Below are positions 36,073-49,855 of a stretch of DNA of 64,000 bases, one piece after another (position 1 is the first letter of the stretch; every line of letters starts with the position of its first letter). Position numbers and translations under genes: made by a program. Origin of the DNA: Haliotis rufescens (Eukaryota); NCBI RefSeq assembly GCF_023055435.1, contig NW_025963802.1, forward strand, positions 3,472,001 through 3,536,000, given 5' to 3'. The notes below the pieces were generated by a model. That model saw only the letters and a list, made by a program, of their open reading frames with translations, was not told where the DNA came from and did not search any database.

Positions 36073-39000
36073 TCTGGGATTCGAACCTACGATCACCTAC
36101 GTTCCTGGAATTACCGAGTGACTCCAAATCGGAGCTCTCTGGTCCCCCTGTTCTGAAGAGTCCATTGCAGTAGGTTTCAATAGTTTCAAGATTCCAAAGG
36201 CTCTGAGGCACACAGACACACATGTCGATCGTGGACTACAACACAATTACTCTGTCTATTCATAGCACTGTGGTAATAGGGTAAGCTGCCTGTATCTACA
36301 GGGTAATCCTTCGTTAAGGAGACAGACTGACGGATGCCACGACTACCGCTGAATTATTGCTGGTTTGTGACTTCTTAAACGCGAACAATTACACCATGTG
36401 GGACTTAATCGTGTCTCGAAACATCAATGCAAGCGAAATGGTCGTGTTCATATTTGTCAGACCTATCAATTTATCTCACACGATTTATTTTCTGATTGGA
36501 TTTTATTTTATACTGTGCAGTGGAGTGTGGTTTTACGCATATTACAAAGGAGGAATCAAACAAGTTTACTTTGATCACAATCCCCGATTGGATTTTAGGT
36601 TAGATTGTGTCCCCGGGGACCTGTGTTCAACAAGCATGTAAAGTTTGTTGTTTCAGATGAGAGACGTGGAATGTTAGATTATTTGCATACGCAGTGGAGA
36701 CAAAAAGTGTCACAGACTCACAGTTGTGCTGGCTCAGGGGGTATAAATTGAGGTTATTTTGTAATTTCAGAATTGTATATGATGTAGAATGTTACATCCC
36801 CAGATGACACAGGAGAGCATCAGCAAGTTTTAGATGTGGTGTAGCCCCTATTCGTGTTGAAACGGGGCGTTATGACGGGACTGATTTAAATGAGAGCCTG
36901 TAAAAAATGTTGTTGAGAATGAATATCATATCTTATTTAACTGTCCGTTATTTGCTAGAGAAAGATCTTGGTTGCTCAACATTATCCAACCCCGATGTTT
37001 GCCTTCTTACTGCCCAAACCTGCAATTTTATACTTTTAAGGCGAAAATCTTATTTATATAGCCACTAATAACTGTACATTTATATTTAACTGAATGTATA
37101 TGTTACAAATATCTTAATTGTTTATACTTGTATTAAATAGTCTCTCGTGACTCGATTTGGAAGTAGCTCAAAGTTTGCATTTGTACTGTATACTCAATGT
37201 ATTTTTATTGAGGTGAGACTATAATACACAGTATGTCTGTCTGTCTGTGTTTGTCGCATGAGGCAACTAAATGGTTCGGGTGGCTGTTTCGGGTGTTGAT
37301 CATTCCAAGAACCACAAGTGTGTCTGGTCGGAATTCGGTTATGTACAGGCCGCCATGAGGTAGCTTGAATACTGATGAATGGGAGCCGTAATTCAATTTA
37401 TTTGAATATTCACCGCCTCCCGGATAATCTCAGGGTCCCCCAAGGAGTGTCTAATGGGGGAAGTGTTATGTGGCTTCCTACTCTGCACGAAATACCATTG
37501 ATGGAGACGTTTGAAGAACCCCCACTCCATCCCCTCAACTCGATTGGGTTTGACCCGCCTAGAGCTGAGCAGGCAGTTATGAGTAGAATAGGCGTAAGCA
37601 GAATTAAATGTGCTGTGAAATTAGATAGATTAAGTAACCACTGTTTCTTTTCTTTCCAGCTTATTCTGACCAGTTAAGACAAAAGCCACCTCGCTTCGTC
37701 TTCTCATATTTATCTTCAGTGCACTCGGAATATAGTTACGGCACCACAATCAGAACAATTACGAAGAAACTACACCAAACACTCTTAAGTTATGATTTTG
37801 CAAGCCCCATAAAGCTTGTTTTTGAAAACAGCGTAAGTCGCTGAGTTTCTTTCCTCATGTTATGAGCATGACAGTTACTGTTAACCCATGCTGCTTGTGT
37901 GGGGTAGAGAGCTGATGAATGGTAGTATTGTACTAACTGCGTATTATGCTTCTGCTATTGCGGCTACAAGTTCTGAATGCTGAAGAAGCACCTCCTTCAT
38001 GGACAGTGGACTACTTACTCCTGTAGGTTAACGGCTACAAGTTCTGAATGCTGAAGAAGCACCTCCTTCATGGACAGTGGACTTCTTACTCCTGTAGGTT
38101 AACGGCTACAAGTTCTGATTGATGAAGAAGCACCTCGTTCAAGGACAGTGGACTACTTACTCCTGTAGCTAAACGGCTACAAGATCTGAATGCTGAAGAA
38201 GCACCTCCTTCATGGTCAGTGGACTACTTACTCCTGTAGGTTAACGGCTACAAGTCAGCGGTTCCTAATTGTTAAAGAAGCATCTACTCATGCTTTGACA
38301 GTGGTCAGCTTAAGTTTTATGTTCGATTTTGTAATGCTGTTGTGTTCGTCTTTTATCAGTGAAAACAAGACGGTGTGAAGGAGAAACTTTCCACCTAATC
38401 ATGGCCTCCATTGTCTCTGGCTTAAGAGTTCAGAACATTTTCACGTTCCATTCTGAAGCGTCACTATGCAGATGAAGATTTAACATCAGTGAATCATCTA
38501 CTTGAAACATATTATTCTTTCCTGCAAAAACTACTTTATGGCATACTTTAATTATTATCGTTTGATGTGTCGTTTTTTTCAAACATGTTAGAAAAGGTCG
38601 GAAAAACACATGGACAAGTCAACTGAGAACGTTTCATTCGTACATTTTAGTTAAACATTCCGTGAAAACACACAGAGAAAAAACACTAAGTTTCTTGTAT
38701 GCACTCCTTAGTTTTTTTAATTGATATTTTCACGTAGGCTGTCAACGACATTTAACATTTGGTGAAATAAGAAAATACCAAAACGGAAAACGAATGTTTG
38801 TGTACATATATATATATAACACAGTATGTTATTATTCTCATTAGTTTTCATATATATTTTCTTAATTTCAGTCTTCTGATGTTGCGTCAAACGAAAATAT
38901 TAATTTCAATCAGGTATCTATTTTTAAATTCTAAATATCTGTACTCCATTAATAATCCATACAAAGATAAATAGTAAGATAATAGTCCCGAGGCAGTAAT

Positions 39001-39660
39001 GTTTCTGCCGAAAGGGCGAGTTGATCCATATCCTCAAGCTTGTTTTATTTTATTGGCAAGGTCCTATAATATTACAAAGCATGGATAATTATTCTTGCTT
39101 GTAGACAAATATTTCCTTTAAGTATCAATATACTTTATTAAAACTGTTCTCCTAAAGCAATCAACTCTCGTTACACTGGTGAACTTTAGACGTTCTGTTT
39201 AAAGCTGAAACTTGAAGTGTTATGCAAACATGAAAATATTTTACAATGGTTGGGTCTTTGAAATAACCTGCTACAGTGTTTTACGTGGGTTAAGAAGCTA
39301 ACAAGAACGCCTTCGTGTATCCATTTATGCTCCCATAAAGTCAAGAAATAATAACATAATAGACGTGTTAGTACAACTGCAGCAATATTACTTCCATATG
39401 TGATTAAATCCTGCAACAAAATGTCAACTAATAATTAAATCCTGTTGCCATAGCAGCGTTGTTGATATGCCTTGCTCTTTAAGCATCGGAATGGTTAAAA
39501 AACAGACTTGGCATCAGCACTAAATGTGATAAGACACGTATCCAATATTTTCTATTATGCAAGTCAGATAGCCACCTGTTTACTGCACTTCCAACTTCAG
39601 ATGAAAAGATATTGCAAATTTGAAAACATTTGTTGAGAAGAACGTGTCATCCCTGCATTC
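36073..39660 (+). repeat. Tandem segmental duplication, copy 1 (about 3.59 kb)
   Basis: Runs from TCTGGGATTCGAACCTACG to GTGTCATCCCTGCATTC, then restarts at 39661. Confidence 0.95.
37961..38254. repeat. 71-bp minisatellite (4 units; about 5 units in the duplicate at 41561-41911)
   Basis: CGGCTACAAG recurs at 37961, 38032, 38103, 38174 and 38245. Confidence 0.92.
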
Positions 39661-42600
39661 TGGGATTCGAACCTACGATCACCTACGTTCCTGGAATTAC
39701 CGAGTGACTCCAAATCGGAGCCCACTGGTCCCCCTGTTCTGAAGAGTCCATTGCAGTAGGTTTCAATAGTTTCAAGATTCCAAAGGCTCTGAGGCACACA
39801 GACACACATGTCGATCGTGGACTACAACACAATTACTCTGTCTATTCATAGCACTGTGGTAATAGGGTAAGCTGCCTGTATCTACAGGGTAATCCTTCGT
39901 TAAGGAGACAGACTGACGGATGCCACGACTACCGCTGAATTATTGCTGGTTTGTGACTTCTTAAACGCGAACAATGACACCATGTGGGACTTAATCGTGT
40001 CTCGAAACATCAATGCAAGCGAAATGGTCGTGTTCATATTTGTCAGACCTATCAATTTATCTCACACGATTTATTTTCTGATTGGATTTTATTTTATACT
40101 GTGCAGTGGAGTGTGGTTTTACGCATATTACAAAGGAGGAATCAAACAAGTTTACTTTGATCACAATCCCCGATTGGATTTTAGGTTAGATTGTGTCCCC
40201 GGGGACCTGTGTTCAACAAGCATGTAAAGTTTGTTGTTTCAGATGAGAGACGTGGAATGTTAGATTATTTGCATACGCAGTGGAGACAAAAAGTGTCACA
40301 GACTCACAGTTGTGCTGGCTCAGGGGGTATAAATTGAGGTTATTTTGTAATTTCAGAATTGTATATGATGCAGAATGTTACATCCCCAGGTGACACAGGA
40401 GAGCATCAGCAAGTTTTAGATGTGGTGTAGCCCCTATTCGTGTTGAAACGGGGCGTTATGACGGGACTGATTTAAATGAAAGTCTGTAAAAAAATGTTGT
40501 TGAGGATGAATATCATATCTTATTTAACTGTCCGTTATTTGCTAGAGAAAGATCTTGGTTGCTCAACATTATCCAACCCCGATGTTTGCCTTCTTACTGC
40601 CCAAACCTGCAATTTTATACTTTTAAGGCGAAAATCTTATTTATATAGCCACTAATAACTGTACATTTATATTTAACTGAATGTATATGTTACAAATATC
40701 TTAATTGTTTATACTTGTATTTAATAGTCTCTCGTGACTCGATTTGGAAGTAGCTCAAAGTTTGCATTTGTACTGTATACTCAATGTATTTTTATTGAGG
40801 TGAGACTATAATACACAGTAAGTCTGTCTGTCTGTGTTTGTCGCATGAGGCAACTAAATGGTTCGGGTGGCTGTTTCGGGTGTTGATCATTCCTAGAACC
40901 ACAAGTGTGTCTGGTCGGAAGTCGGTTATGTACAGGCCGCCATGAGGTAGCTGGAATACTGATGAATGGGAGCCGTAATTCAATTTATTTGAATATTCAC
41001 CGCCTCCCGGATAATCTCAGGGTCCCCCAAGGAGTGTCTAATGGGGGAAGTGTTGTGTGGCTTCCTACTCTGCACGAAATACCATTGATGGAGACGTTTG
41101 AAGAACCCCCACTCCATCCCCTCAACTCGATTGGGTTTGACCCGCCTAGAGCTGAGCAGGCAGTTATGAGTAGAATAGGCGTAAGCAGAATTAAATGTGC
41201 TGTGAAATTAGATAGATTAAGTAACCACTGTTTCTTTTCTTTCCAGCTTATTCTGACCAGTTAAGACAAAAGCCACCTCGCTTCGGCTTCTCATATTTAT
41301 CTTCAGTGCACTCGGAAATATAGTTACGGCACCGCAATCAGAACAATTACGAAGAAACTACACCAAACACTCTTAAGTTATGATTTTGCAAGCCCCATAA
41401 AGCTTGTTTTTGAAAACAGCGTTAGTCGCTGAGTTTCTTTCCTCATGTTATGAGCATGACAGTTACTGTTTACCCATGCTGCTTGTGGGGGGTAGAGAGC
41501 TGGTATGGGTTGTGATGAATGGTAGTATTGTACTAACTGCGTATTATGCTTCTGCTATTGCGGCTACAAGTTCTGAATGCTGAAGAAGCACCTCCTTCAT
41601 GGACAGTGGACTTCTTACTCCTGTAGGTTAACGGCTACAAGTTCTGATTGATGAAGAAGCACCTCGTTCATGGACAGTGGACTTCTTACTCCTGTAGGTT
41701 AACGACTACAAGTTCTGAATGCTGAAGAAGCACCTCCTTCATGGACAGTGGACTTCTTACTCCTGTAGGTTAACGGCTACAAGTTCTGAATGCTGAAGAA
41801 GCACCTCCTTCATGGACAGTGGACTTCTTACTCCTGTAGATTAACGGTTACAAGTTCTGATTGATGAAGAAGCACCTCCTTCATGGACAGTGGACTCCTT
41901 ACTCCTGTAGGTCAGTCAGCGGCTCCTAATTGTTAAAGAAGCATCTTCTCATGCATTGACAGTGATCAGTTACGTTTGTTCGATTTAAAATGCTGTTTGT
42001 GTTCGTCTTTTATCAGTGAAAATAATACGGCGTGAAGGATAAACTTTCCACCTAATCATGGCCTCCATTGTCTCTGGCTTAAGAGTCCAGAACATTTTCA
42101 CGTTCCATTCGGAAGCGCCACTATGCAGATGAAGATTTAACATCCATGAATCACCCACTTGAACCATATTATTCTTTCCTGCAAAAACTACTTCATGGCA
42201 TATTTAAATTATTATCGTTAGATGTGTCGTTTTTTTCAATATATATATGACAGTATGTTATTATTCTCATTAGTTTTCATATATATTTTCTTAATGTCAG
42301 TCTTCTGATGTTGCGTCAAACGAAAATATTAATTTCAATCAGGTATCTATTTTTAAATTCTAAATATCTGTACTCCATTAATAATCCATACAAAGATAAA
42401 TAGTAAGATAATAGTCCCGAGGCAGTAATGTTTCTGCCGAAAGGGCGAGTTGATCCATATCCTCAAGCTTGTTTTTTGTTATTGGCAAGGTCCTATAATA
42501 TTACAAAGCATGGATAATTATTCTTGCTTGTAGACAAATATTTCCTTTAAGTATCAGTATACTTTATTAAAACTGTTCTCCTAAAGCAATCAACTCTCGT

Positions 42601-43089
42601 TACACTGGTGAACTTTAGACGTTCTGTTTAAAGCTGAAACTTGAAGTGTTATGCAAACATGAAAATATTTTACAATTATTGGGTCTTTGAAATAACCTGC
42701 TACAGTGTTTTACGTGGGTTAAGAAGCTAACAAGAACGCCTTCGTGTATCCATTTATGCTCCCATAAAGTCAAGAAATAATAACATAATAGACGTGTTAG
42801 TACAACTGCAGCAATATTATTTCCATATGTGATTAAATCCTGCAACAAAATGTCAACTTATAATTAAATCCTGTTGCCATAGCAGCGTTGTTGATATGCC
42901 TTGCTCTTTAAGCATCGGAATGGTTAAAAAACAGATTTGGAATCAGCACTAAATGTGATAAGACACGTATCCAATATTTTCTATTATGCAAGTCAGATAG
43001 CCACCTGTTTACTGCACTTCCATCTTCAGATGAAAAGATATTGCAAATTTGAAAACATTTGTTGAGAAGAACGTGTCATCCCTGCATTC
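39661..43089 (+). repeat. Tandem segmental duplication, copy 2 (about 3.43 kb)
   Basis: Near-identical to copy 1. Lacks about 38583-38808 and has one more 71-bp unit. Confidence 0.95.
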
Positions 43090-43716
43090 GTTTTTTGTTA
43101 ATGCTCTGTTTATTTACCGGAGTTTTACAATGTTATGGTTTTCTTAATGCCTTGTGATCATTTTCGGCTTATCGTCACAGATTAAGTGCTAGAAGTAGAT
43201 TTATGATTGCTGAATGCCCATTATCCATAGTATCAATATCACGGGAGACGTCGGCCATCACATCCACACTATCTATACAGATAATGATAAAAATTTGGAA
43301 AACTATAAATATTGTTATGAATGATAGATAAAAAGCTTTTTATTGAAACATAAAACCTGTATATAACTTCCATTACCATATCATACGTATTTCCCATGCG
43401 CTACTTTGCAACATGAATCCTTTCTTTTGGAAGGGAAATGATATTCAAACAATAACTTTGTGACTTACTGGCTTATCTTTAGTTGCCATTGCAGCTCGAG
43501 TGAGTGAGTGAGATGTTTTTTACTCTGATTTGAGCAGTATTTCAGTTATACCACGACGTGCCAGCATAATATAGAACGATAGCCTGACATAGGTTGTGGA
43601 CGTTCACTGACGTGGGCACAGCCCAGGATCGTTGATGGCATGGCCCTGACAGACCAATGATCAGAATCGGGATAAATCTGTTATTGGAACACACCGGATC
43701 AGTTTTTTGTGATGAA

Positions 43717-43881
43717 GTGAGTGAGTGAGTATGGTTTTACGCAGCTTTTAGCAATATTCCAGCAGTATCACGGCGGAGGACACCAGATATGGGCTTTACA
43801 CATTGTACCCATGTCGGGAATCGAACCCGGGTTTGCGGTGTGACGAGCGAACGCTTTAACCACTAGGCTACCCAGCTGCCC
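43717..43881 (-). mobile_element. SINE family B
   Basis: Aligns with 284-455. Confidence 0.85.
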
Positions 43882-44039
43882 TTCTTGTGATTGTAGACGG
43901 GTCAAACGATGGTCATTCACGTTAATAAAAATCGTCAAAACCAGAGAACAATTAGTCTTGATTATCTGCAGAAGCAGATTCCAAGGCAAAATATTGATGA
44001 GTCTTATATGAATGGATCATTGACACAAGTGTTGACGAA

Positions 44040-44571
44040 AAGGGTAGTAAAGCGACAAAACCCTTTCCATATCAAATGGAAATTTCTGCATAAAGCTGTC
44101 GATTGTACAATTCCGACTATTTCATGAGCAAGTATTTCTGAATCACTTTCAACAAGTAATGATACCAGGTGTTCGCGAAAAGGTGAGCGTATCCTGCCCC
44201 ACGGGTGGCACCCGTCACAAACACATGCAAGGCAAGTCAATTCTTCACCAGAAAAAAAACATTGGAACATATACACAAGTCAAAAATAGGGAATTGCATC
44301 GGACATCATTTTTGTCACTGATGTCATGTCTGCCAAAGAAGGTTTTGAAAGCTTTACTGAGGTCTTGAATGTTGTAACCTTGATGAAACAACTTCTGAGC
44401 AGGAGTCGTATGACGCTCTTTGAAATCTTGGTAGAAAGAGCATGCTCGGTTGTTTCTATAAAAATGCGAAATGTAAACACCAAAGGCTGGAGCTGCTGGA
44501 ATATTGCTCCATATAAAGGGAAAGTTGACTATTGGAAAGGTCATCCTCTTGTCATACAGTCTTGTGGAGAG
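44040..44571 (-). mobile_element. Penelope-like retroelement: RT C-terminus and 3' region
   Basis: TRLYDKR..FPIVNFPFIWSNIPAAPAFGVYISH..R..RACSFYQDFKERH....QKLFHQGY....LSKAFKTFFGRH resembles the PLE RT thumb region. No GIY-YIG domain is seen downstream. Confidence 0.75.
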
Positions 44572-44727
44572 GCGGTCGGGTAGCTTAGTGGTTGAAGCGT
44601 TCACTCGTCACGCCGAAGAACCGGGTTCGATTCCCGACATGGGTATATTGTGTGAATCCCATTTCTGGTGTCCCCCGCCATGATATTGCTGGAATATTGC
44701 TAAAGGCGGCGTGAAACCACACTCACT
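44572..44727 (+). mobile_element. SINE family B inserted in the PLE RT, 15-bp TSD
   Basis: TSD CAGTCTTGT(G/A)GAGAG at 44557-44571 and 44728-44742. Confidence 0.9.
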
Positions 44728-45448
44728 CAGTCTTGTAGAGAGTCCTGTAGTAAAAGGTCAGACGCTTAACGCATATGCACTGATGCATGAAGTATATCTT
44801 TATAAAAACACACACACAAAAACGAGAATATGTATTTTTACACCTGTTGTCCTTTTAAATACGAAGTGACTCTAATAGAAAAATTGATAAATGCAATTAT
44901 TCACTCCGACGCGTTGTTAAACAAATTGACTCAACGCTACTGAAACGTCTGTCAGAAACAATTTGCTGCAATTAAATATAGTGATTGACCTAATCTTTTT
45001 AGGGGCAGTGTGTCTGGCTCGCTTGCTGCCTTCATTCGGTGTAATATAGTTTAATTCCCTGTAGACAGGAGTCGGGTTGTGTGATTGGAAGGGACAGGGC
45101 GGGGACTGTGGTATCATGCCATTTACAGTGGTTGTTACCCTGTCTGAGTAATGTCCTGTCTCTCTACTAAACACACACCCACTGTTACATACAGTAGTTA
45201 CCTAAATCACTGTATTATAGTAAGATCTGAGAGTGTCGGTAACAGGCAACGTCAGCCTGACACCAGCAGAGTCTCAGTACAGTCACAGAAAACCACACAA
45301 AACGACAGAAATAGTCTGATGCTAGTGGACACCCTACAGGGCCCAGGTAATCTTCACATAGAGATATGGCAGAGATCCTGTAGACCCTAGCAGAGGCACA
45401 ACTGAGGCCCATTTGACATTCTGTAGAGATGAGGTGAAATGGGGTTTA

Positions 45449-45614
45449 GTGAGTGAGTGAGTACGGTTTTACGCCGCTTTTAGCAATATTCCAGCAATAT
45501 CACGGCGGGGGACACCAGAAATGGGCTTCACACATTGTACCCATGTCGGGATTCGAACACGGGTCTTCGGCGCGACGAGCAAACGCTTTAACCTCTAGGC
45601 TACCTGACCGCCCC
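45449..45614 (-). mobile_element. SINE family B nested in a family-D-like tail, 13-bp TSD
   Basis: TSD GAAA(T/C)GGGGTTTA at 45436-45448 and 45615-45627. Confidence 0.88.
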
Positions 45615-48600
45615 GAAACGGGGTTTAACGCCGCGTTCAAGAACATCACATGGACGCAGAGGGCAATTTGAAATATATGCATGCACACATGTACTAGCGG
45701 TTACACGAATCGATAACTTGACGTTATAAGTGTAACCATATTTACAATGTGGATTTAAGTGATTGTTCAAAACTTCAAATATTTTAAGTACTCCATGCGT
45801 AATGAGAAAATCTCCATATCAAATTTCTATCCATCACTAAATACGAGTTAAAATACCTTGACGTTAAACTTTACGTGTGTAGAAAACACCCACAGACAGG
45901 TATCATTGAAAGTTAAAAAGAAAATTCTTTTGCAATAAAATCTGTAACAAATATGACTTTAAAACTTTCATGATAAAAGAAGTTTCAAACTTCAGGATAT
46001 TCGAAATGTCACAAAGTTGCCACTTATTCTGTTGTCTTCTTGTACAGAGCTAATGGATGTGAGGACATCGAATATTGCATAACATAAGAAAACACTAGTT
46101 CAGTGTGTTTTTTGCTCTGTTCGAGCTTATGTGATTACTGTAGCTGAATACGCAAGCCATTATGTTCATGCATATCAGTTTTCTATTTCCCGCGTATGCC
46201 CTCTGGGCAGACACTGTCAGCAACACACCTATTAGCAACGTTAACCTCGAGCACATTAGTCAAAAGAACATACGTTCTAATTTATTTCTTAATAGTTCTG
46301 AATTTGATAGCAATATCCTGATAAGATCCTAGATTCTTTGACCCCATATGAGCCTATAATTACATACAAAGTTTTACATTTGAAACGCATCCTGCCGTTA
46401 TAAGCACAGAGCTCGAGGAACCGAAATAATGAACTCGTTAAATAATATTGATCAGAGTGCCGCCAGCTCTCCACATGAGGTATGTATCCCCGCGAGTCCC
46501 CAAGCACTGATGACTCCACATACCACAGCAACTGCTCACACAGAGCACATAAATGTGCAGTCATTAGTTTCTCCTTCATGGATTTATATTCCCCTGCAGG
46601 ACGCAAAACGATAGTTTAGGCAACATCAACAAATTATTTTCGCAACTGTCACTCGGTTTCGACTATGTCCCAGACGTGTATGGACTTGAGAATAGGTAAA
46701 AAATAACTCTTCTATCAAACTCGCCTTCTTCGGGGTCGTTTTCGCCCTTTTAATGACGTTTCCTCAAGCACTGCTAATATTCTCACAGGCAAAGAATGAT
46801 TATTTTCTTTGAGGTTAAATACTCGCTCTTGGAGATGCCGCTTCACTGAAAAGGATGACACCTGGGTATTGCACTGTTCCCAAGGGAATTCACATTCCGA
46901 GAGGGGATGCGGGAGACAGAGCGTAAAACTGTTTCTTTTTGTGATTCAATGTTGTTCTGGAGCATATGATTCATTTAACATTCGTAATAGTTGTATTTCT
47001 TCAGCAGGGCAAGCTTTGTCTTGGAGCCTGTTGTTGTGGTCACATGACAGAGATGGCGGAAAAGAACTTAGGAGTCTGTAAAGCAATCACCGCTGATAGA
47101 GAGACCCATGTGGTCTCTGCCTGATGTCGTCCCTTGCTGACACAATGAGGGACATTAACGTACATTTAGAATGTCTTAGGGCTATGAAACTGCTTTGAAT
47201 ACAATGAATGCATTTTCAATAATCATTTCGTGGTACTTTGAGATTAAGACTAGATTAAGCGAAATGAAACAAAAAAGCAAAACACAAAACCTATCAGCAG
47301 CACCTGCCCACCTGTGAATTTTGTACTTCATACAGAGCCTAGTGTTATTAACTAATCACATATTCGATGGCTGGCAAAGGGACCCGTGGGGTCTATACGG
47401 TTGATACATTCGAGACTCCCTTAGATTCTGAGTCTTCGGAAATAACGAAGACAGATATTGCAAAATACGGCTATGACTATAATCCCCCAACAGTAGCAGG
47501 AATACCGATATTCGGATAAAGCGAACTCGATAGGTTCCTCTGAGTTTGTGATATCCGGTTTGAATCTTATCTCAGTATGGCCACACGACACAAGACATCT
47601 GACGAATGTAAGGATCTCATCTACAATATAAGGCGATTCTTATATAATTATCCTGCTAAAATACAACTCATAATACAACTACAAAAATACAACACTTTAA
47701 CATGGCCGCTTACGTTTATGTGTCCGTATATTTCACAATACAAATTCGCAAAAAGCCTTACATTTTGTTTTTAAAAAGTTAACATGTTTTATACAAATGG
47801 GGACAACGCGATAGCTGTAAAAAAGTAATTCGATTTATTTCAAGAGGGAAGTACTAAGTTGTTCATTCCACCTTGAAATCGTAAACTGCGCTCCGTCTAA
47901 ATGGACGACCATTTCCTTAATGACGCTATATCCAGCCTCTTCTGTTGGCCTTTTTCATCTTGGTAATGTGTCAACGTGATGTATGTAAATTGTCTGCAGC
48001 CAAAAAAGTTGCGTGATGAAATGCAGCGTAACAAGACCGACCTGTCAGAGGTGCAGTTGGTTTCAGGGAAATAGATACGTCTGTGAAATATTGGACGCAT
48101 TAAACATGGCCGAAATCATCCTTTTGACAAATAACCAATAAATCTTAAAATCCATTTTCCGTTCTGTTTGACCATCTTCCTTGAAGTCACGTGTAGCAAT
48201 GATTCATCAGCAGACGCACGTACATAGTTCTCTGTGTAAAATGATGATGCTATTTTGGACACATTTCAACATTAAAGAAGTATGTTTACGTCCAACACAA
48301 CACCTGATTGACACCGTATGGATTATCTCCCCTGTAGCGACAGTTATCGTCGTCCTTGGAAAGTTTTCAAGGTGGTAATGGTTGCTGCTAGGTGTCACGT
48401 TCAGACGGCTTGAACAACTAAACAGATGAATGACTCTTCTGGGCTGATCGTGTTTGTTCAAGGTCGAAGGAATGTGTGTTTTGTTGCTGTCAATGTTTTT
48501 TCAAAGATGGCGGATGTTCTGATGCAATAAGAGCCACGATAATGTGACCAAAAAATCTTTTGATTTATTTTACAATCGTTGAACGATGGTTAAATTTAAT

Positions 48601-49585
48601 TACAATGCTAAATCTCCGGGGCATGAAGTTAATCACAAATCCATATCTTATGAACCCTTACCGTTAAGCAATTACCATAACTACCACTAAGTCTATAAAC
48701 GTCGTTTATATCAAATCCTCCACTTGTGTAATTTAGATTAAATTTTTAAGTAAGAAATACAAATAAAATTGGTTCATGTGCACAGATTCGGAACCGTAAA
48801 GGGCTTTTACAAACGATTATCCCAACAAGTAAGCAATAATTCAAATTTTGTCGAATGACATTTTAAATGAAAAATAGAACATAATTATAAACAGCCACAT
48901 TTAAAGAAAGAGATTGGGAGAACATTTCCCTGCTGAGTCAAGGTTATCCAGAGTGTTGACTGGAGATGTCGCCCGCCCATCTTCTTTTGGAAGGGCAGTA
49001 AAGTTTCTTTTCCTTCATTTCTTCCAAAAAATGCGTTTGTTCCAATTTATACCCCAAAAATATTTCCATATTTGTTTTGTTATAAAATGTGCCTCCTGAC
49101 ACGAACAAGAAAATCGCAATTGCTTTATGACTGACAAACTGAGCAATGGATCTTAAAAGGAACTACTTGCCCTTGAGGGTACATGGAGGAAGGAATTCAT
49201 CTGTCTCTGTCACAGTACTAGAGTTGATTGTTCCCGAGTAAGCGCGACATATCTCTGGCTGCCAGGACAAGCGTGTTGTAAAACGTTTCTGAATGAGTAA
49301 TGGCAATGGACAGTCTAACAAAGGCGATATCGGTTTGTCATTGGTTGTAAATGTTTAACAATTAGCAATTTCGAAATATGCAGATGTGTCGGACTCCGTG
49401 GTGAGGTCAGCACAGACTTTTCTCGAATAAATCTGATGTTCCACGAGTACAGTCTTGCCCTACCCAGCAGGGAGTATGACGTGATGCTTGGTACAAGTGA
49501 CATTATTGACATACCGACGTTCCCACTTCCCCTTTTTTATGAATTCAGAATATCTTTGTCACAAACACCCTGCAATTCTATCCAA

Positions 49586-49855
49586 GTAAAGAACTGCACA
49601 CACATACCCTCATCTACCCAGACACATAAACACCCTCTACCTCTACCATGGTAAAGAACCACACACACCCTCATCTACCCAAACACATAAACACCCTCTA
49701 CCTCTACCATGGTAAAGAACCACACACACCCTCATCTGTCCAAACACATAAACACCCTCTACCTCTACCATGGTAAAGAACAACACACACCCTCATCTAC
49801 CCAAACACATAAACACCCTCTACCTCTACCATGGTAAAGAGCCACACACACCCTC
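49586..49855. repeat. 61-bp minisatellite, about 4.3 copies
   Basis: GTAAAGA recurs at 49651, 49712, 49773 and 49834. Confidence 0.92.

Noticed and set aside
41985-42190. Possible exon or hAT-dimerisation-like peptide (LKPETMEAMIRWK) in the duplication
   Set aside because: The similarity is too short, the other copy has a stop in that frame, and there is no supporting transposase motif.
46289-46606. 105-aa ORF with plausible splice sites (CCTGCAG, GTATGT) on the minus strand
   Set aside because: No recognisable protein motif and no partner exons; it cannot be supported without RNA data.
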